DNA of 64,000 nt from assembly GCA_026936335.1 (NCBI GenBank), contig JAPMXV010000037.1, positions 1-64,000 of the forward strand. The letters are read 5' to 3'. Positions 24,701-37,623 of the stretch are shown here, piece by piece (position 1 is the first letter of the stretch; the number at the start of each line of letters is the position of its first letter). The DNA comes from Mantamonas sphyraenae STR306. Its lineage: Eukaryota > Protista > CRuMs. Below the pieces are notes generated by a model. It had not been told where the DNA came from, did no database searches, and was given only the letters and a program-made list of their open reading frames with translations. A program made the position numbers and the translations under genes.

Positions 24701-27700
24701 CGAGGGTGCCTCTGTCCCGTGCAGAAACTGCTGGATGTCATGCAGTACCTGCAGTTGCTGCAGCACGCGATGACGTAAATGCGTCGACAATGCGTGCAGT
24801 GATTGCCACCGCTGCAACAACTCGCGCTGCACACGCTGCAGACGATCCCGAGCCCCGGCGTAATCGCTCCTGAGCAGCGCGTCCAGCACCATTTCTTTGC
24901 CGTAATGGCTGTACATGTACTCGATCCGCTCTGTCTTGCCTGAAATGCTTCCCATCAGGTCATCCCACAGCTCCAGCTTGCTCTCAACCGCCGCCGTCTT
25001 CAGAGCCGCCTTTGTGTAGTATCGCAGAAACAACTCCTTCTCGGCCTCTTGGTCCACAACCCACAAGTTTTCTGCCATCGACCGCTTCACAGATGTCGAT
25101 CGCGCACCCATGTCCGCTTCCAGATTGTCTACCACCAGATTCCACCGTACCATGTTTGCCAACGAGTGTGCCCGCCCGTTGTCCCACAGATTCACCTCTT
25201 GTTGCACGGGCGCGTTTGCCGTGTCCCCGCTCAGTTTCTCCAGATATGCGGGCTGCGTCATTTCGTCGTACAGCGTGTACGCCTGCGCGTAGTCCCCTGC
25301 GAGGAACGCTTGCAACGCATCGTGCGTCGCAGGGTGGCGTGCAATGTGTGCGTCGTACACGGCCAACACCACATCGTCTTCGCCCAGCGCAGCGTATTGA
25401 TCCGCCACCGCTGCCCACATCTCTGTCTTGTCCTGCTCGGCCACGGCGCCCGTGTTGCCCTTGCGCCGCTTTCGACGAGACGACGATGATGACGATGACG
25501 AGTGCAGCTCATGCTGCCCTGCAACATGATCCATCAGCTGGTTTTCCAACACGAGGATGCCCAGGTGCTGCGTCGAAGTCTCTTGGCTCGCCTTGCTGAT
25601 ATGGTTGTGATTCAGCCCAGTCAGGCCCATCTCGTAGCACACTCCCAGCAGCACGCTCGCCAGCTGGCTTGACTGCTGTGTGCGTGACAACATAAACGCA
25701 AGCTGCTCCTTCACCGTGTCCAGCCGCGCATCGGAAGCCGCGGCCCGGCACACCTCGGTACACAGCTGCACAAACACCAAGCTCGCCAACCGCCCGTCCA
25801 GGTTCACCAGCCTCTGCAACGGCTCCACCAAATCCATTGCAGTGATTCCCGTGTCTGGATAGTCTCCGTCTCGGTATGTCCTGGCCAGTTGTACCTGGGT
25901 TGCGCGCTTCACCTTTTGCTGTCGCGTAAAGTCGGCTCGCTGTGCCTTCAGCCTCGCGCGTGCGGCAAAGAACCCGCTGGACTCTTTTGCAGAGCGTCTT
26001 TGGAAACGCCGTTGCACGCGCACAGGCGGTACAGCAAAGCCGTCTTCGTCCACAGCGGCCGCTCCGTGCTGCACCTCCGCCTTCGCCTTGCCTTTGCCCT
26101 TTCCGTCGCTTTGCCTGGGCTTGTATCGAAACAGAAACTTTGGTCGTGCATGCTCATAGCTCGACATTGTCTGCGTTTGTGACATCATCGGGTCTTGCGT
26201 CATCAGCTCTTGCGATTGTGTCACACGAAGCTGCCCTGTTTGCAGCGTCTCACCCCACCCGTCGCCACTGCTGGAGGCAGCTTGCTCGTCGAATTCGTCC
26301 TCAAATTGTGTCGCCATGCTGTGTGCAAACATGGGCGTCATGGCGTGTGCCCCACGCGTGCTCAGCGCGTCCGCTCGCACACGATACTGGCGCGATTGCT
26401 GATTCGTCAACGATGCATACGGCAGCTGTGCGCCTGTAGATCGCGCCACGAGTTTCAACATCAGCGTCGTGGCGTACGTCACAAACTCGCGCCCGGTGTC
26501 CGGTTCAAACGCAGTCGTCAACACATCCTGCAACCGCGCCAGGGCGTCCTTGTCAGCCAACCGTTCCGATGCGTCCCAAAAGTCCACAATCTTGCCTCGG
26601 ATCCCCTCGTCGCTGTCCACCATACCCCGCAGCAGGCAAGTGCGCAAGCTTTCGTGCCCGTCCAAGTGGGTCTTGTCGCGCATAAGCATCAGCAGGTCGT
26701 AGTATACAATGCGGCATTCGACGTTCACATGGCTCGCAAAGGTGTCCTCCACCAACGACAGCACGTGCTCCTGCTCTTCCGCCTCCAGCTCCAGCAGCAC
26801 CTTGTGCAGGATTTGCAGCGACACAAGCTGCACGGCGTCGTCTCTGTTGCTCAACAAGTCCTCCAACAGCGGCAGCAGCTGTGTGTACGTCGACGGTAGC
26901 GCCTCTGCACGCGCCATGATCAGCTGCAACGCTACCACGCGAAACTGGCCATGCAGATTGGGTAGCAGGTGGAAGATCTGTGTGGCGAAAGGGTCCACAA
27001 TCTCGGCGTAGCTCTCTGCCACCTTGTACAGGCACAACAGCAGCCTGTCCACCTGCTTCTGGTTTGCCATTGAATGCAGCGCTTGCAGCAACAGCTGCAA
27101 AAATTCGTCTCTGTCTTCCTGTACGCCATCTTGCTGGTTGTGTCGCACCACCACGCCCGCCACGGTCGCCGTTAGTTCGTACACCCGCTTGGCGTAGTTT
27201 GGGATCTTGCAGCTCAGATTGCTCAGAATCGCTTTGTACAGTCTGTCAGCAGGGATTTGTCGGTCTGTGTCTGCATCGTGCAGCGCAAGCTGGTTCGTCA
27301 CAAGCACGCCCAGCAGCTGCAAACCGGTGAGTTTCCGCAGCGCCTGCTGGCTCGCTGACAAATTCGTCAGCTTGTGTGCCATCACCAGGTTCATGATTGT
27401 GTTCTTGTTCACCACCAGCGTGTCGCGCCACCACTCCATCCAGCTCTTGATGATTTCCAGGTTTGACCGCAGCACTCCCGAGTTGCTGTGGTAGCACCCG
27501 CTCACAAGCATGTTCAACACGTCGTTGGCCTTGTCTGCAAGCAAGGCATCGTCATTTCCCGTGCGCCACTGAATCAGAAGCACCGCCATGTCCCGCACGT
27601 GGTAGTTGAACAGCTGCTTCTCGGATTGGCCATCCTCAGGCTCGCTCCCTCCTTCTGCAGAGTACTCGCTCGATTCCAGCATCAAGTCCAGAAGAGCTTC

Positions 27701-29852
27701 CACAAGTTGCTCTTTCAACGGCTGGAACACACCTGACCTGTTCAGCACAAGCTTCGACAAGAAAAGCCGCACGGTCAACGGCACGCTGCTCTTGCCCAAC
27801 GCATCCACAACCACACCCAGCGCCCCCTTGACTTGCTCACTCCCGAATTTCTCCACCATTGTATCCACCACGCGCAGCATCGTGTTCATCAGGCGATGCT
27901 GGTTGAAGTAGTCCAACTCCAAAAGGTCGCCCTGCTGCTTTCCCAACCCCAGTGTCCTCCCATCGCCGTCTCTCCCCGCACCACCACCACCACCACTGCT
28001 ACTGCTACTGCTGCTACTGCTACTGCTACTGCTCTCCGTTTCCATCATATCCCCAGAGCCCCGCTGCGCGGCTGCCCCGTTGCCACTGCCCTCCCCTTCG
28101 GGTGATCCGCGAAACGCAAGGGACAACGGCACAAATGACAACGACGTGATGCTCCCTCCGGCACTCTCCCTGTACAGATCTGCATTGTGGGCTCGAAACG
28201 ACCGCGAGGCCATGTGTGCCTCCTGCGATGCCGCAGAATAATGCGACGAGCCTGCTTGTTCGATTTCCACAGAGTCAAAGAACGTGTTGTAGGACGCCAT
28301 GTCGCTCCCCAATGACGAGTCGGCTAGGTACGCAGACGACATCACACGCGAGGACATCACAGACGCACGCCCGCTGTACAACAGCCGCGTCGGCGCCAGC
28401 GAGTGTGCAGCAGCCTCCGCCAGCGCAAAGTCAGTCAACGACTCCAACCGGTGCACGTGCTGGTCGTCCAACAGCCTCGTCCACACGCTCGAATCACTTC
28501 GGTCCTTCAGAAGGAATCCAGCGAAAAGTTCGACTTTGCTCTGTGTCTTGAGCACCACAGACGCCAAGGTGTCGTACGAGGCCTGGTGATACTCGTACAC
28601 CAGGCTGCGCTGAAACGAATCGTCTTTGTCCATGCCGTCGTCAAACAGATTGTGCTTGCGCGTCGCCACTGTCGCCTTCATCACTGCCTTGGTCAGCTCG
28701 TTTCCTTCCAAGCTCCCGCGCGCTTCGGCCTCTGCCTCGGTGAACGGGTTCACTTCACTGCGGATGGCTGCAGCGGGAATGAGCTCAAAGAGCAACTGTA
28801 CAAGTGTTAGAGCGGCCGTGTGTTGCAGCACGCTCACCTGCAAGGCCTCGGACATGTCGCCTGCCCCGGAGCGTGCAGCGGGTTTGGCCTGGCACGTCTC
28901 GAGCAGGCCAGCCACGTGCCTTTGGTACATGTCGATGCACAGTGGCATCGACATGTGCTGTACAAGCGGTACCAGCACCTTGTGCAAGCATGCGTGCCGC
29001 GTGGGCACGTCATAGTCCGCGTCGTCAAGCAGCGCGTAATACCGCTCGAACGCAGCCGTCTTGTCCAGATCCGAAAGCGATGCAGCCCATTGTCTCACGC
29101 CCGCTTTGAGCTTGCCCGACAGAGGATGTCCACCTTGACGTAGCACCGGCAGCAACACGTCCGGTACAAACAGGACGCTGCTGCTCTTTGCCAGCGCTCC
29201 CAGGAGACGCTTCAACATCGCCAGGTATGAGCGGTATGCCTTACTTCGCTTGTCCAGATCGTGGTGGCTCAATGGAAAGTCGTACGCGACCACATCGTGC
29301 AGCGCAGCCTCAATGGACGAAGCTGCCGCGCTTCCACGTGCAACATTGCGCAGCACCTTGTCCACAAGCGCCAACGCATCGTATCGCATGACTGAACTTG
29401 TGCCTTCGTGTTGCAACAGGGCCACGTACATGTCGACCAAGCGCCCATACCACGCTGCTTGGCTGTCCAGGGCCGCGGACGCGACTGCCTCATCCGCAAG
29501 AAGTGTTTTGAGCAGTTCCAGAAACTGCCGCGCCAGTTGGATCTGATCCACGCGGTGGCTCGCTTGCTGCCAGTTTGGAAACGCATCCATAGCCTGCAGC
29601 GCATGTGCCACATTGTCGCTTTTGGCCCCGTCCTTGCGAATTGCCGTGTCCAGCGCGCGTTTGAACGCATGCAGCGCCGTGCCCGCCCCTGCCTGGTGCG
29701 TGTTGGCGGCATGCTCCAGCAGTGGCCTCGCCATCTCCTCCATATGTTGGCTCACGTAATCATGCACCTGCTCCTGAAACTGAGCATAAAACATATCCCC
29801 TCGCGACAGCACGACCTTTCCTCTCTGTCCTTCTGCAAGTGCAGAAGACACA

Positions 29853-29896
<44 letters not shown>

Positions 29897-32800
29897 TGAG
29901 GACAAAGACGAGTGCGTCTCACTCACGTCACCCACCTGCTCGCTGTCCAGCAGCATCTCCAGCATCTGGCTCGGGTCTAAACCCAGTGCAATCACGACTT
30001 GCAGCACATGCCCTGCCGTCTCCTCGTCCGGCACATCGGCGGTGCTACTCACCATACCCATTGTCTGTGTGCGCAGGTGCTGGCTCACACGCGCTTGCTC
30101 TTTGCGCTCCACGATACCCACCCTGCAAAACAGCGCAGTTGCCTCCAACAAGTGTGTCAGGGCACTTGGAAGGCCATCGCGTTCGTATGTCCACATGCAC
30201 ACGTCCACAGACGGCGCGCTGGCCACAATCGACTGATAGATGGCCCCCATCACATGCTTCCCGTTGTCCATGCGTGTGCACATCTCTTCGATTGCTCGAT
30301 GTAGCTGTGGCCGCACGACCCGTGTCCATTGCACCACGGGCGAATCGACCACAAACCCCACGCAATGCATACCTTGCAATGCGTCCGTGTCCACAACTGT
30401 TGCGTCCGTTTCGTCCGTGGTCATCGCGTCGCCGCTGCTAGATGTCCAATCCAACAGAACGCGTTCCTGCGGAACCATGCACGCAAGTATCAGTGCCTTG
30501 GCCACGCTGTGCTCCATCATGCACTCGTAGTCAGCCTTGAGCCACATCGTACACAGAAATCGCACTGCCGCGACAAACGCGCGCGTCTTTGCTGCCAGAA
30601 ATTGCGCTTCTGCCTGCATCGTACTCTCGTGCAGCTCCATCATTGGCGGCTGAGCCGAAATGGCAAACCACCCAAAGAAAATCGACAGCTCTTCCGTCAC
30701 CAGCTCACCAATGCGCGCCTGCGCAGCCTGATGACCCAGATCCACCACCTCTGTGTCGAAAGCCCAGCTCAGCCAGTCCAACTCGGCTGTCAGTCCAGCC
30801 AGCCACGTGTGGACAACCTCCTCCGAATACACGGGCAACGAAACATCCTTGGTCGCCCCCTGCAGGTGCGCTTGGATCGATGCAAATGCCTCGCCTGCAC
30901 GCGTCTCTGCAATCGGCAGCGCACGGTTGCCCCACTCTTGTTCAAGCCATTGTGTCCCCGTCGGCTGGCCCTCCACAAGCTCTGTGCACTGAAGGAACAA
31001 TCCCATCGCCAGTTTTTGCACCTCCTCCTCTACCGCCCCCGTTTGGCCAAACATCCACGCCACAAAGCCACTCAGCGACTTGATTTCGCTGTCTTGCTCA
31101 ATATCGTCGCTGGAGAGGCCCACAATTGCTCGCCTGCGCACATTTGCTGCACTTAGCATCAACCTGTGCTCGCGCACGAGCTTCAGCAGGTTCTCTACAG
31201 ATGTGCGCGCGGCAGCACGCGTGCCCAGCGACTCTGGATCCGCGTGCGCCATCCGCAGCGAGTGCATCTGCACACCCACCATTTCCAACACGTACGTGTC
31301 CACCAGGCTGGCTTGCGCACGAAACTGCCGGTAGATGCGGTTGATCACGATGGCCGCCGCCAGCCGCTTGTACGGATTAGCGTGCCGTGCAAAAGAATAG
31401 ATGCGCTTCAACATCACTCGCACACTCGAGTCGTCCAACTCCAGGGCCTTTTTGCTGCTGCTCTTGATGATCCAGTGCAGATGTTCGGCCAGGCAGGTGG
31501 CGGCAAAGTCGCGCAACGCCCCGTTGTCGCTGTGACTCGCTGCCTGCATCAACACATCCAACAGATCCCGCTTGATTTGCAGATCGTGCTCATTGTTCGA
31601 CTTGGTGAACCAGTGGATCGTCTGCAACACCAACGGACGGAACAGCTGTCGTGTCACAGGCTCCACGTCCACAGACAGCTCCAGGGTCACAGGCAGCACA
31701 CTGGCCACAATCGATCCAATGTGCGCCTCTGCTTGCCCGGTTTGGCTGAGCATGTACAGGAACATTGCGTGCAACAGTTCGCTCGCGTGCACCTTGGTTG
31801 CACGCTCTGTCGCGCTCTGTGCCAGGTACACCACTTGCGGGAGCAACGCATCCATGCGCATGCGCACGCCATCGAAAAACGGCGGTTCCCAAAGCAGGTG
31901 CTCGTCTTTGTCCCACTGCACCACCGCCGCGTTTCCCTGCTGCTCCATGTGCAGCGTGTGCACATTGTCGCCTCCCAGTGACCCCAGGAACGACAGTACT
32001 CGAGCCTGCACGTGCATCTCCCTCTCATCTACACTCGCCTCCTCGCCGCCACTGCTTTGTCGCGCAGCCTTGATCTGCAGCGCACGTGCACGTGACGAAC
32101 TCGACGCAAACAGACTGGACTGGTCCTTGAACTGCTGCATCACAGCCTGCTCGCTCTCCGCGTCCCCACCCTGCAGGTAGTCGCACAGCAGCGGCAAGAT
32201 GACGTCCAGATGCGGCTTCAACGCTGCGTGTCCACCGTGGCACAGGCGCTCCAAATTGTCCAGCGTGGCCAGAGCAAGCGGAGAGTACGTCAGACCCACC
32301 TGGAGCGCTTGTTGAATTGCAGGCAGCATCTTCTTGATCGTGACAAAGCCCTGTGGCGCACGCATCACCAACTGGATGCACGCTGACAGCAGCTCGTCCT
32401 TAAACTGTTTCATCGACACCAGCAGGTCGCTCAGGAAGCCCTCAATCAGCTCTTTGCAGTGCTGGTTGTCTGCATGCCCAGCTTCAAAGAAACCGCTGCG
32501 TTCTCCTTGCTCCAGTACCAGTCCCAGCAACTTGTAGTGTCCCGACACCAGTGGCCGCTCATACGACTGCTGGATCAGCAGCCGAGCCAGCGGATAAATC
32601 CATTTGTCCATCAAGCCCCGAGGCGCTTCGGACAGCCACGTGTCTGCAAACACCACCAGGTTCAAATACAGCTGGAAATCCTTTGCGTTGTCCGGCACCA
32701 CACCGCTCTCGTCCACCTCGTTGCTGTTCTGTTGTTGCCCATCCTCCTCCACTTTCTCTTCGCGCGCTCGGTACCCCAGGTTCAGCTTGTTCAGCATGCG

Positions 32801-34792
32801 CACCATGCTCTTGATCACCGTGTCAAACAGAACCCTCTGCAGCCGGTCCACCGTCGTTTCGTCCATGTACGGCTGCTTCAGCAGGCTGCGGTCCATCATC
32901 GCTCTCCAGATAGGCATCAGCAGCTCATGCATTGCCTGCTCCTGTGTCGGGCCATCCATCTCAAAGTACATCCCCTGACTCGAGGAGCACGTCAGAGTCA
33001 GCGCCTGGATGGCCACGTCGTCAAACAGCAGTTGCAACGCCGTCCCGTGCGGATACAAAGCCGCAAGCAACTGCGTCACTGCACGCAGCACCACCTTTTG
33101 CTGCTTGGCGTACATACGCGGAAACTGAAAGAATGCCTGGCTGATAATGGTGTGCAGCGTGCTCGCAAACGCTGCGTCCGCGTCCGGTGGCAACGCCTGT
33201 GCGATGTGCGCAAACGCACGCAGGAAGCTCGCCAGCAATCCCACGCTGTTCAGCTCGGGCGAGTCAAAGTCTGCAAACAAGCCGTTCGTGATCTGCACCA
33301 ATTTGTCCACCATATCCATCAAGTCCTGCTCGCCCAACAGCCGCCGAATGGCCAACGCAAAGTGGCCCAGCCCACTCACAGCCGCCGCAAACTCGCGTGG
33401 TTGCAGCTGGTCCGTCTTCTTGGACACTGTCAGCATCAACTTCGACACCAGGAACTGAAACGACTTGCTGTTCACCTTGCCGTGCTCCGCGAATGCCAAA
33501 AACGTGGCCACCGTTCCAAAGAACGCGTCCAGCGCAGGGTACGCTGCATCATGCAGGTCCCGATTGTCGTGCAGCACGCATGCCATCAGCGAGTCGTACA
33601 CCGCCTCGTGTTCCTGAACCAGGTACGGCTCAAACAGATCCGCGTGGTCCGCCAGCAGTTCCAGCGCCGCCACGCACGCCGCATACCGTGTCGTGTGCTC
33701 CAGATCCCCGAGTACACCCAGGGCGGGTGCGATCACCTTGCCCACCGTGTTGTTCTCTGTCTCGCTCCATTCACCCTCCATCAGTAGAACCCGAACCCGG
33801 CTGTTGTGCATCCAAAGTGCCGATGCTGTGAACGCGCCTGCAAGCAGCGTGTTCTGCGACCCCTTGACCCCTGTGTGCAAAGCATCCAGCACCAGACGCC
33901 GGACTTGCGCCAGGTCAGAGTCGCTCAGAACCTCGGGCGCATACCGAGCTACAGCCCCACACGCGACCAGACACTGTGCCCGAACCGTTTGCGCTTTCAC
34001 GCTCGACAGCAGCCGGTCGCGTGCAATCTGGTAAAAGTTCACTGTATGCAGCTCCTCCCTGGCCAGGCTCGGCAAAGGAAGCTGCAGAATCAAGCATAGG
34101 GGTTCCACACACGCCGCCGCCACGCTGTTTGATTCTTCCACCACGAAACACTGCAAGATCGTGTTCTGTGTCACATGTGACGGTGTCAGCCACGCCTAGC
34201 CTGCGCTTGATCCATGCATCCTCCAATAACACTCACATTGATGTGCACAGCGTGTTCCGCGCTCCGTTGCGGGCCGATAACCTGCAACCAGTCGTGCACA
34301 AGTTGCACCAGGTGAGCCCTCGCCACTGCGTGCTCCTTCACACTCTTGGTCTGTGCCAAAAACTCCAGCACCCCGCTCTCCTGGCCAAAAAGCTGTGCAG
34401 AAACCATGTCTACAAACCCCAGGAGGCAACCCCGTTGTCCGCGCGCGTGAGTGTTCGAGTGTGTGATCACACACCCTTTCACATGTCAGCCCTCCTTCCC
34501 GCGTCCATCGATTGCCTACATACGCCCCAACATGCAGGCTCCCGCTCACGATGCATGCTTGCACACTCCTACACCTCTCCATGGCTGTTCATTCCGCCGC
34601 ATGTCGACCCCACGCCCGTTTCCGTGCAAACCCAAACTCACCGTACTCTTCGGCCAACGCAGACATGCATATTGACCGCATGTTCCCGATCACCTGCACA
34701 GGATCCTCCAGTGGTGCCGTTGGGTTCTCCCCGACGGCCTGTAGCGCTCCCACACTCTTCTCCAGCTGACTCCGCGTCGACACTTGCGCCAT
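21740..34792 (-). CDS. PRKDC: DNA-dependent protein kinase catalytic subunit
   Basis: About 4250 aa with a HEAT/FAT/PIKK/FATC layout; LVKGGEDLRLD, GVGDRHLDN, GIDFGHAFG, MPFRMTRQ and C-terminal LGRTWIGWAPWM. Two short 5' exons (ATG 34792) with GTGAGT donors. Confidence 0.97.
27995..28033 (+). repeat. (CTGCTA)n-like repeat encoding poly-Ser in DNA-PKcs
   Basis: Directly visible. Confidence 0.85.
29853..29895 (+). repeat. (GAC)n repeat encoding poly-Ser (TCG) in DNA-PKcs
   Basis: Directly visible. Confidence 0.9.
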
Positions 34793-34977
34793 CTTGGGAA
34801 AGCTGGTTTTTTTGGTTTGATCAGCGCACTTTGATTCCCACGTCACATCGACTTATCTCACAATTCACTCTCCTCCTCTCGTCTTCTTGTGCCTGTTCTC
34901 CACCACGAGATCCATGCCGGCCCCTTCTGCTCCACCCTGCACTCCTCCGGATTCCTGCCACCTGCCACACGCTTCGA

Positions 34978-35945
34978 TCACCACTCGTCGTCCGAGTCCG
35001 AGTCATCAAACGCCTTTTTACGTTGAAACTGCGTCCATCCCCATGTTCCATGTACCCATTCCCCCTTTGTGTCAGCATACAACGCCCCTTCCGGCCATTT
35101 TTGGCGCGCTCCACCCTTTCCCGCCACCCTTACCGTAATTTTCGACGACCGAGACGAGTTGCTGCCCGAGAGATTCTCCAGCGCATCCACCAGCATCGCA
35201 TCCGTCACCTTTTTTGCCAGCCTGCCCGTCTGCGCCTGCTGCAGCAGGTTGTCTTCAATCTTCTGTGCTCGCTCGGGTTTCACCAGCCGGATGTTTGCCA
35301 CTGTCCTTCCTCGTGTCAGCACCCATTCACACACGTCACACCGCACGCATACCCGCCCCCTGTCGCCTCTCCCTCTTCTGCTGCAATCACCATGCTCTTC
35401 CGTCCACCATCCCCTCGGCAGACAGAAAAATCCCAAACTCACAGCGCGTTCGCGCTTCCGCCTCGAGGATCTGGCTCAGCAGAAACTCGCGTCCCTGCGC
35501 CTCCTCACTCCTGTGCAGTGCACGCAAAATCCCCTTTGTCAGTGTCCCCAAAGTTGGCGCTACCCGTCCCTCATTCTTGCCTCTCCACCCATGCCACTCC
35601 ACCTCCACCTACTTGGCCTGTTCCGACGATCCCTCCTATGTTGCGTGCGTTTCGCCCCGTTAGCACCTGGCCCACACCGCACGCAGCCCACCCCCCCCCC
35701 ACACACACACACATCACCAACTCCCATCACCAACTCCCATCACCAACTCCATTCTCTCCCTCCATGGTCTCTCACAACCTACTCCTCCCCCTCCAGACAA
35801 CTGGCTCAATTGCTTCTGAATCTCAGACTCGCTCTATGCCCATGTGTCAGCTCCACTGCAACCCATGAGCACCTTGCTCCGTACGTCCCTCTTCACCCCG
35901 GCCCTCAACCCTCCCTCCCACTCCTCGTCCCTCCCCACTCACCAT
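34978..35945 (-). CDS. PDCD5: Programmed cell death protein 5 (dsDNA-binding family), multi-exon
   Basis: Spliced model M|SESEIQKQLSQLSGGGG|EGSSEQAK|SEEAQGREFLLSQILEAEARTR|..ANIRLVKPERAQKIEDNLLQQAQTGRLAKKVTD..|FQRKKAFDDSDSDDEW. The 5' exons are less certain. Confidence 0.88.
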
Positions 35946-35995
35946 CGCTTCTCAAACGCGCTGCCTCCGCTCCCGCACCCAACCCACTGAACCCC

Positions 35996-36946
35996 ATGGA
36001 CAAGCGCACGCTCCTGAGCGCCAACCTGAAGCTGCACGGCAGCTACGGTCTGGATGCTCCTGCTGTCCTTCGCAACCTCGCCTTTGCTGCCGTGGTCTGC
36101 GAGCTCATTGGCTGGGTACTCCCTGCCTTCATCAAGAACCAACCTGACGTCCTCCTTGTCTGCATCTCCCTCAGGTACAGCGGCATGTTCCTTCTTCTCT
36201 CCCTCCTCCTCATGGTCATTTCCTCCGTTTACGGCAAGTACCTCGAGCTCGACCTCCTCTTTGCCAAGCTCGGCCTCCTCGGCGACGAGACCGTTCTCGA
36301 CGTTGGATGCGGCAGGGGCATCGTCCTCCACAGTGCCGCAAAGCGACTCGACACAGGCAAAGCCTACGGCATCGACATCTTTGACAGCGGTGCTCAGAGC
36401 AACAACAGCGTCGAGAACGTACGTTCTGCTCTTTTGCCCTCCCCTCACTTCCCGCCGCGACCCACCCACCCGCTTCCCTTCCCTTTCATCGCTGTTCTCG
36501 CTGTACTGCCTGCACCCTCTGTACTCCCCACCTATGTTCAACGCCCCATTCCCCCAACACCTCCTCTCACCCAAACTCCACTGCTCCCCGCAACCACGCA
36601 GACACTTGCTACCAGCCTCGTCGAGGGCGTTGCTGACAAGGTCGACGTTCGCTACGGCGATGCACGCAGCCTTCCTTTCCGAGACGCAACCATGGACGTC
36701 GCTCTCAGCTGCCTCGTCTACCATAGGGTCCCGTCCAAAGATCGCCGCAAGGCCATCCAAGAGTTGTTCCGTGTCCTCCGCCCAGGAGGCCGTGTAGCCA
36801 TCGTCAACCTCTTCTGGGTCGCCTCCACTTACGACTCTCTCCTCCGCGACGTTGGCTTTGAACAAGTCTCCATGACTCCCTGGCACCTGCGCATGTACCC
36901 CCCGGTCCGAATCAACTACGCCACGAAACCCAAATCCGTCGCCTGA
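35996..36946 (+). CDS. Class I SAM-dependent methyltransferase with two N-terminal TM helices
   Basis: VLDVGCGRG motif I, YGIDIF, GDARSLPF and RVLRPGGR. One in-frame GTACGT...CGCAG intron at about 36419-36601. Confidence 0.88.
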   Translation: MDKRTLLSANLKLHGSYGLDAPAVLRNLAFAAVVCELIGWVLPAFIKNQPDVLLVCISLRYSGMFLLLSLLLMVISSVYGKYLELDLLFAKLGLLGDETVLDVGCGRGIVLHSAAKRLDTGKAYGIDIFDSGAQSNNSVENVRSALLPSPHFPPRPTHPLPFPFIAVLAVLPAPSVLPTYVQRPIPPTPPLTQTPLLPATTQTLATSLVEGVADKVDVRYGDARSLPFRDATMDVALSCLVYHRVPSKDRRKAIQELFRVLRPGGRVAIVNLFWVASTYDSLLRDVGFEQVSMTPWHLRMYPPVRINYATKPKSVA

Positions 36947-37078
36947 TAGCCCCTCGGCCACCTCATCGCGCACACACACACGTACACATGCACACACACA
37001 CACACCCTCCCGCGCACTTTTCCCACACCAAAGCGAAACAACCCCGAAAACGAACCCAAACAAACAACTCCTTTCGCC

Positions 37079-37585
37079 ATGTCACAGGCCATCCCTCATA
37101 GTGCAGACATCGAATCCGATGACCCTGCCGCCGCCCACGACGTCTTCAAGGACACAAGTCTCCGCTACGCCGGCTTTGCCAACGAGGTCGGAGAAGCATT
37201 CCGTCCCCTCCTCCGCCTCTGGCACGTCAACGCCACCTACGGCGTCGCCCTCGCTTACGCCCTCGGCGACTCTATTGACAAGGGCTTCAAGGCCTACGAC
37301 ACACGTGAAGACCACGTTGTCGCCCTCCAGGCCAGCGGACACACACTTGTTTGGCAACTCCTCGCCTCCGTCGCCATCCCAGCACTCGTTGTCAATCGTG
37401 CATGTGCCGGCTCCGCTCTTGTATTCAATCGCTATGCACCCAAACCCACTCCCGCCCATGTGAATCTCCGCCGCTACGGCCCCAGCGTCGTCGGCCTTGC
37501 CATCATCCCCTTCATCGTCCCTCCCATTGATTCTGCTGTCCATCACATCCTAGAGTCCGCCTTTGGCAACGATCACCTTAGGTGA
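37079..37585 (+). CDS. MTFP1: Mitochondrial fission process protein 1 (MTP18)
   Basis: DTSLRYAGFANEVGEAFRP, YGVA..Y..GD, LVWQLLASVAIP and GLAIIPFIVPPID. Confidence 0.93.
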   Translation: MSQAIPHSADIESDDPAAAHDVFKDTSLRYAGFANEVGEAFRPLLRLWHVNATYGVALAYALGDSIDKGFKAYDTREDHVVALQASGHTLVWQLLASVAIPALVVNRACAGSALVFNRYAPKPTPAHVNLRRYGPSVVGLAIIPFIVPPIDSAVHHILESAFGNDHLR

Positions 37586-37623
37586 GGCGAACAAAAGCAA
37601 TGCAAAGTTGATTGTTGTGTCCC

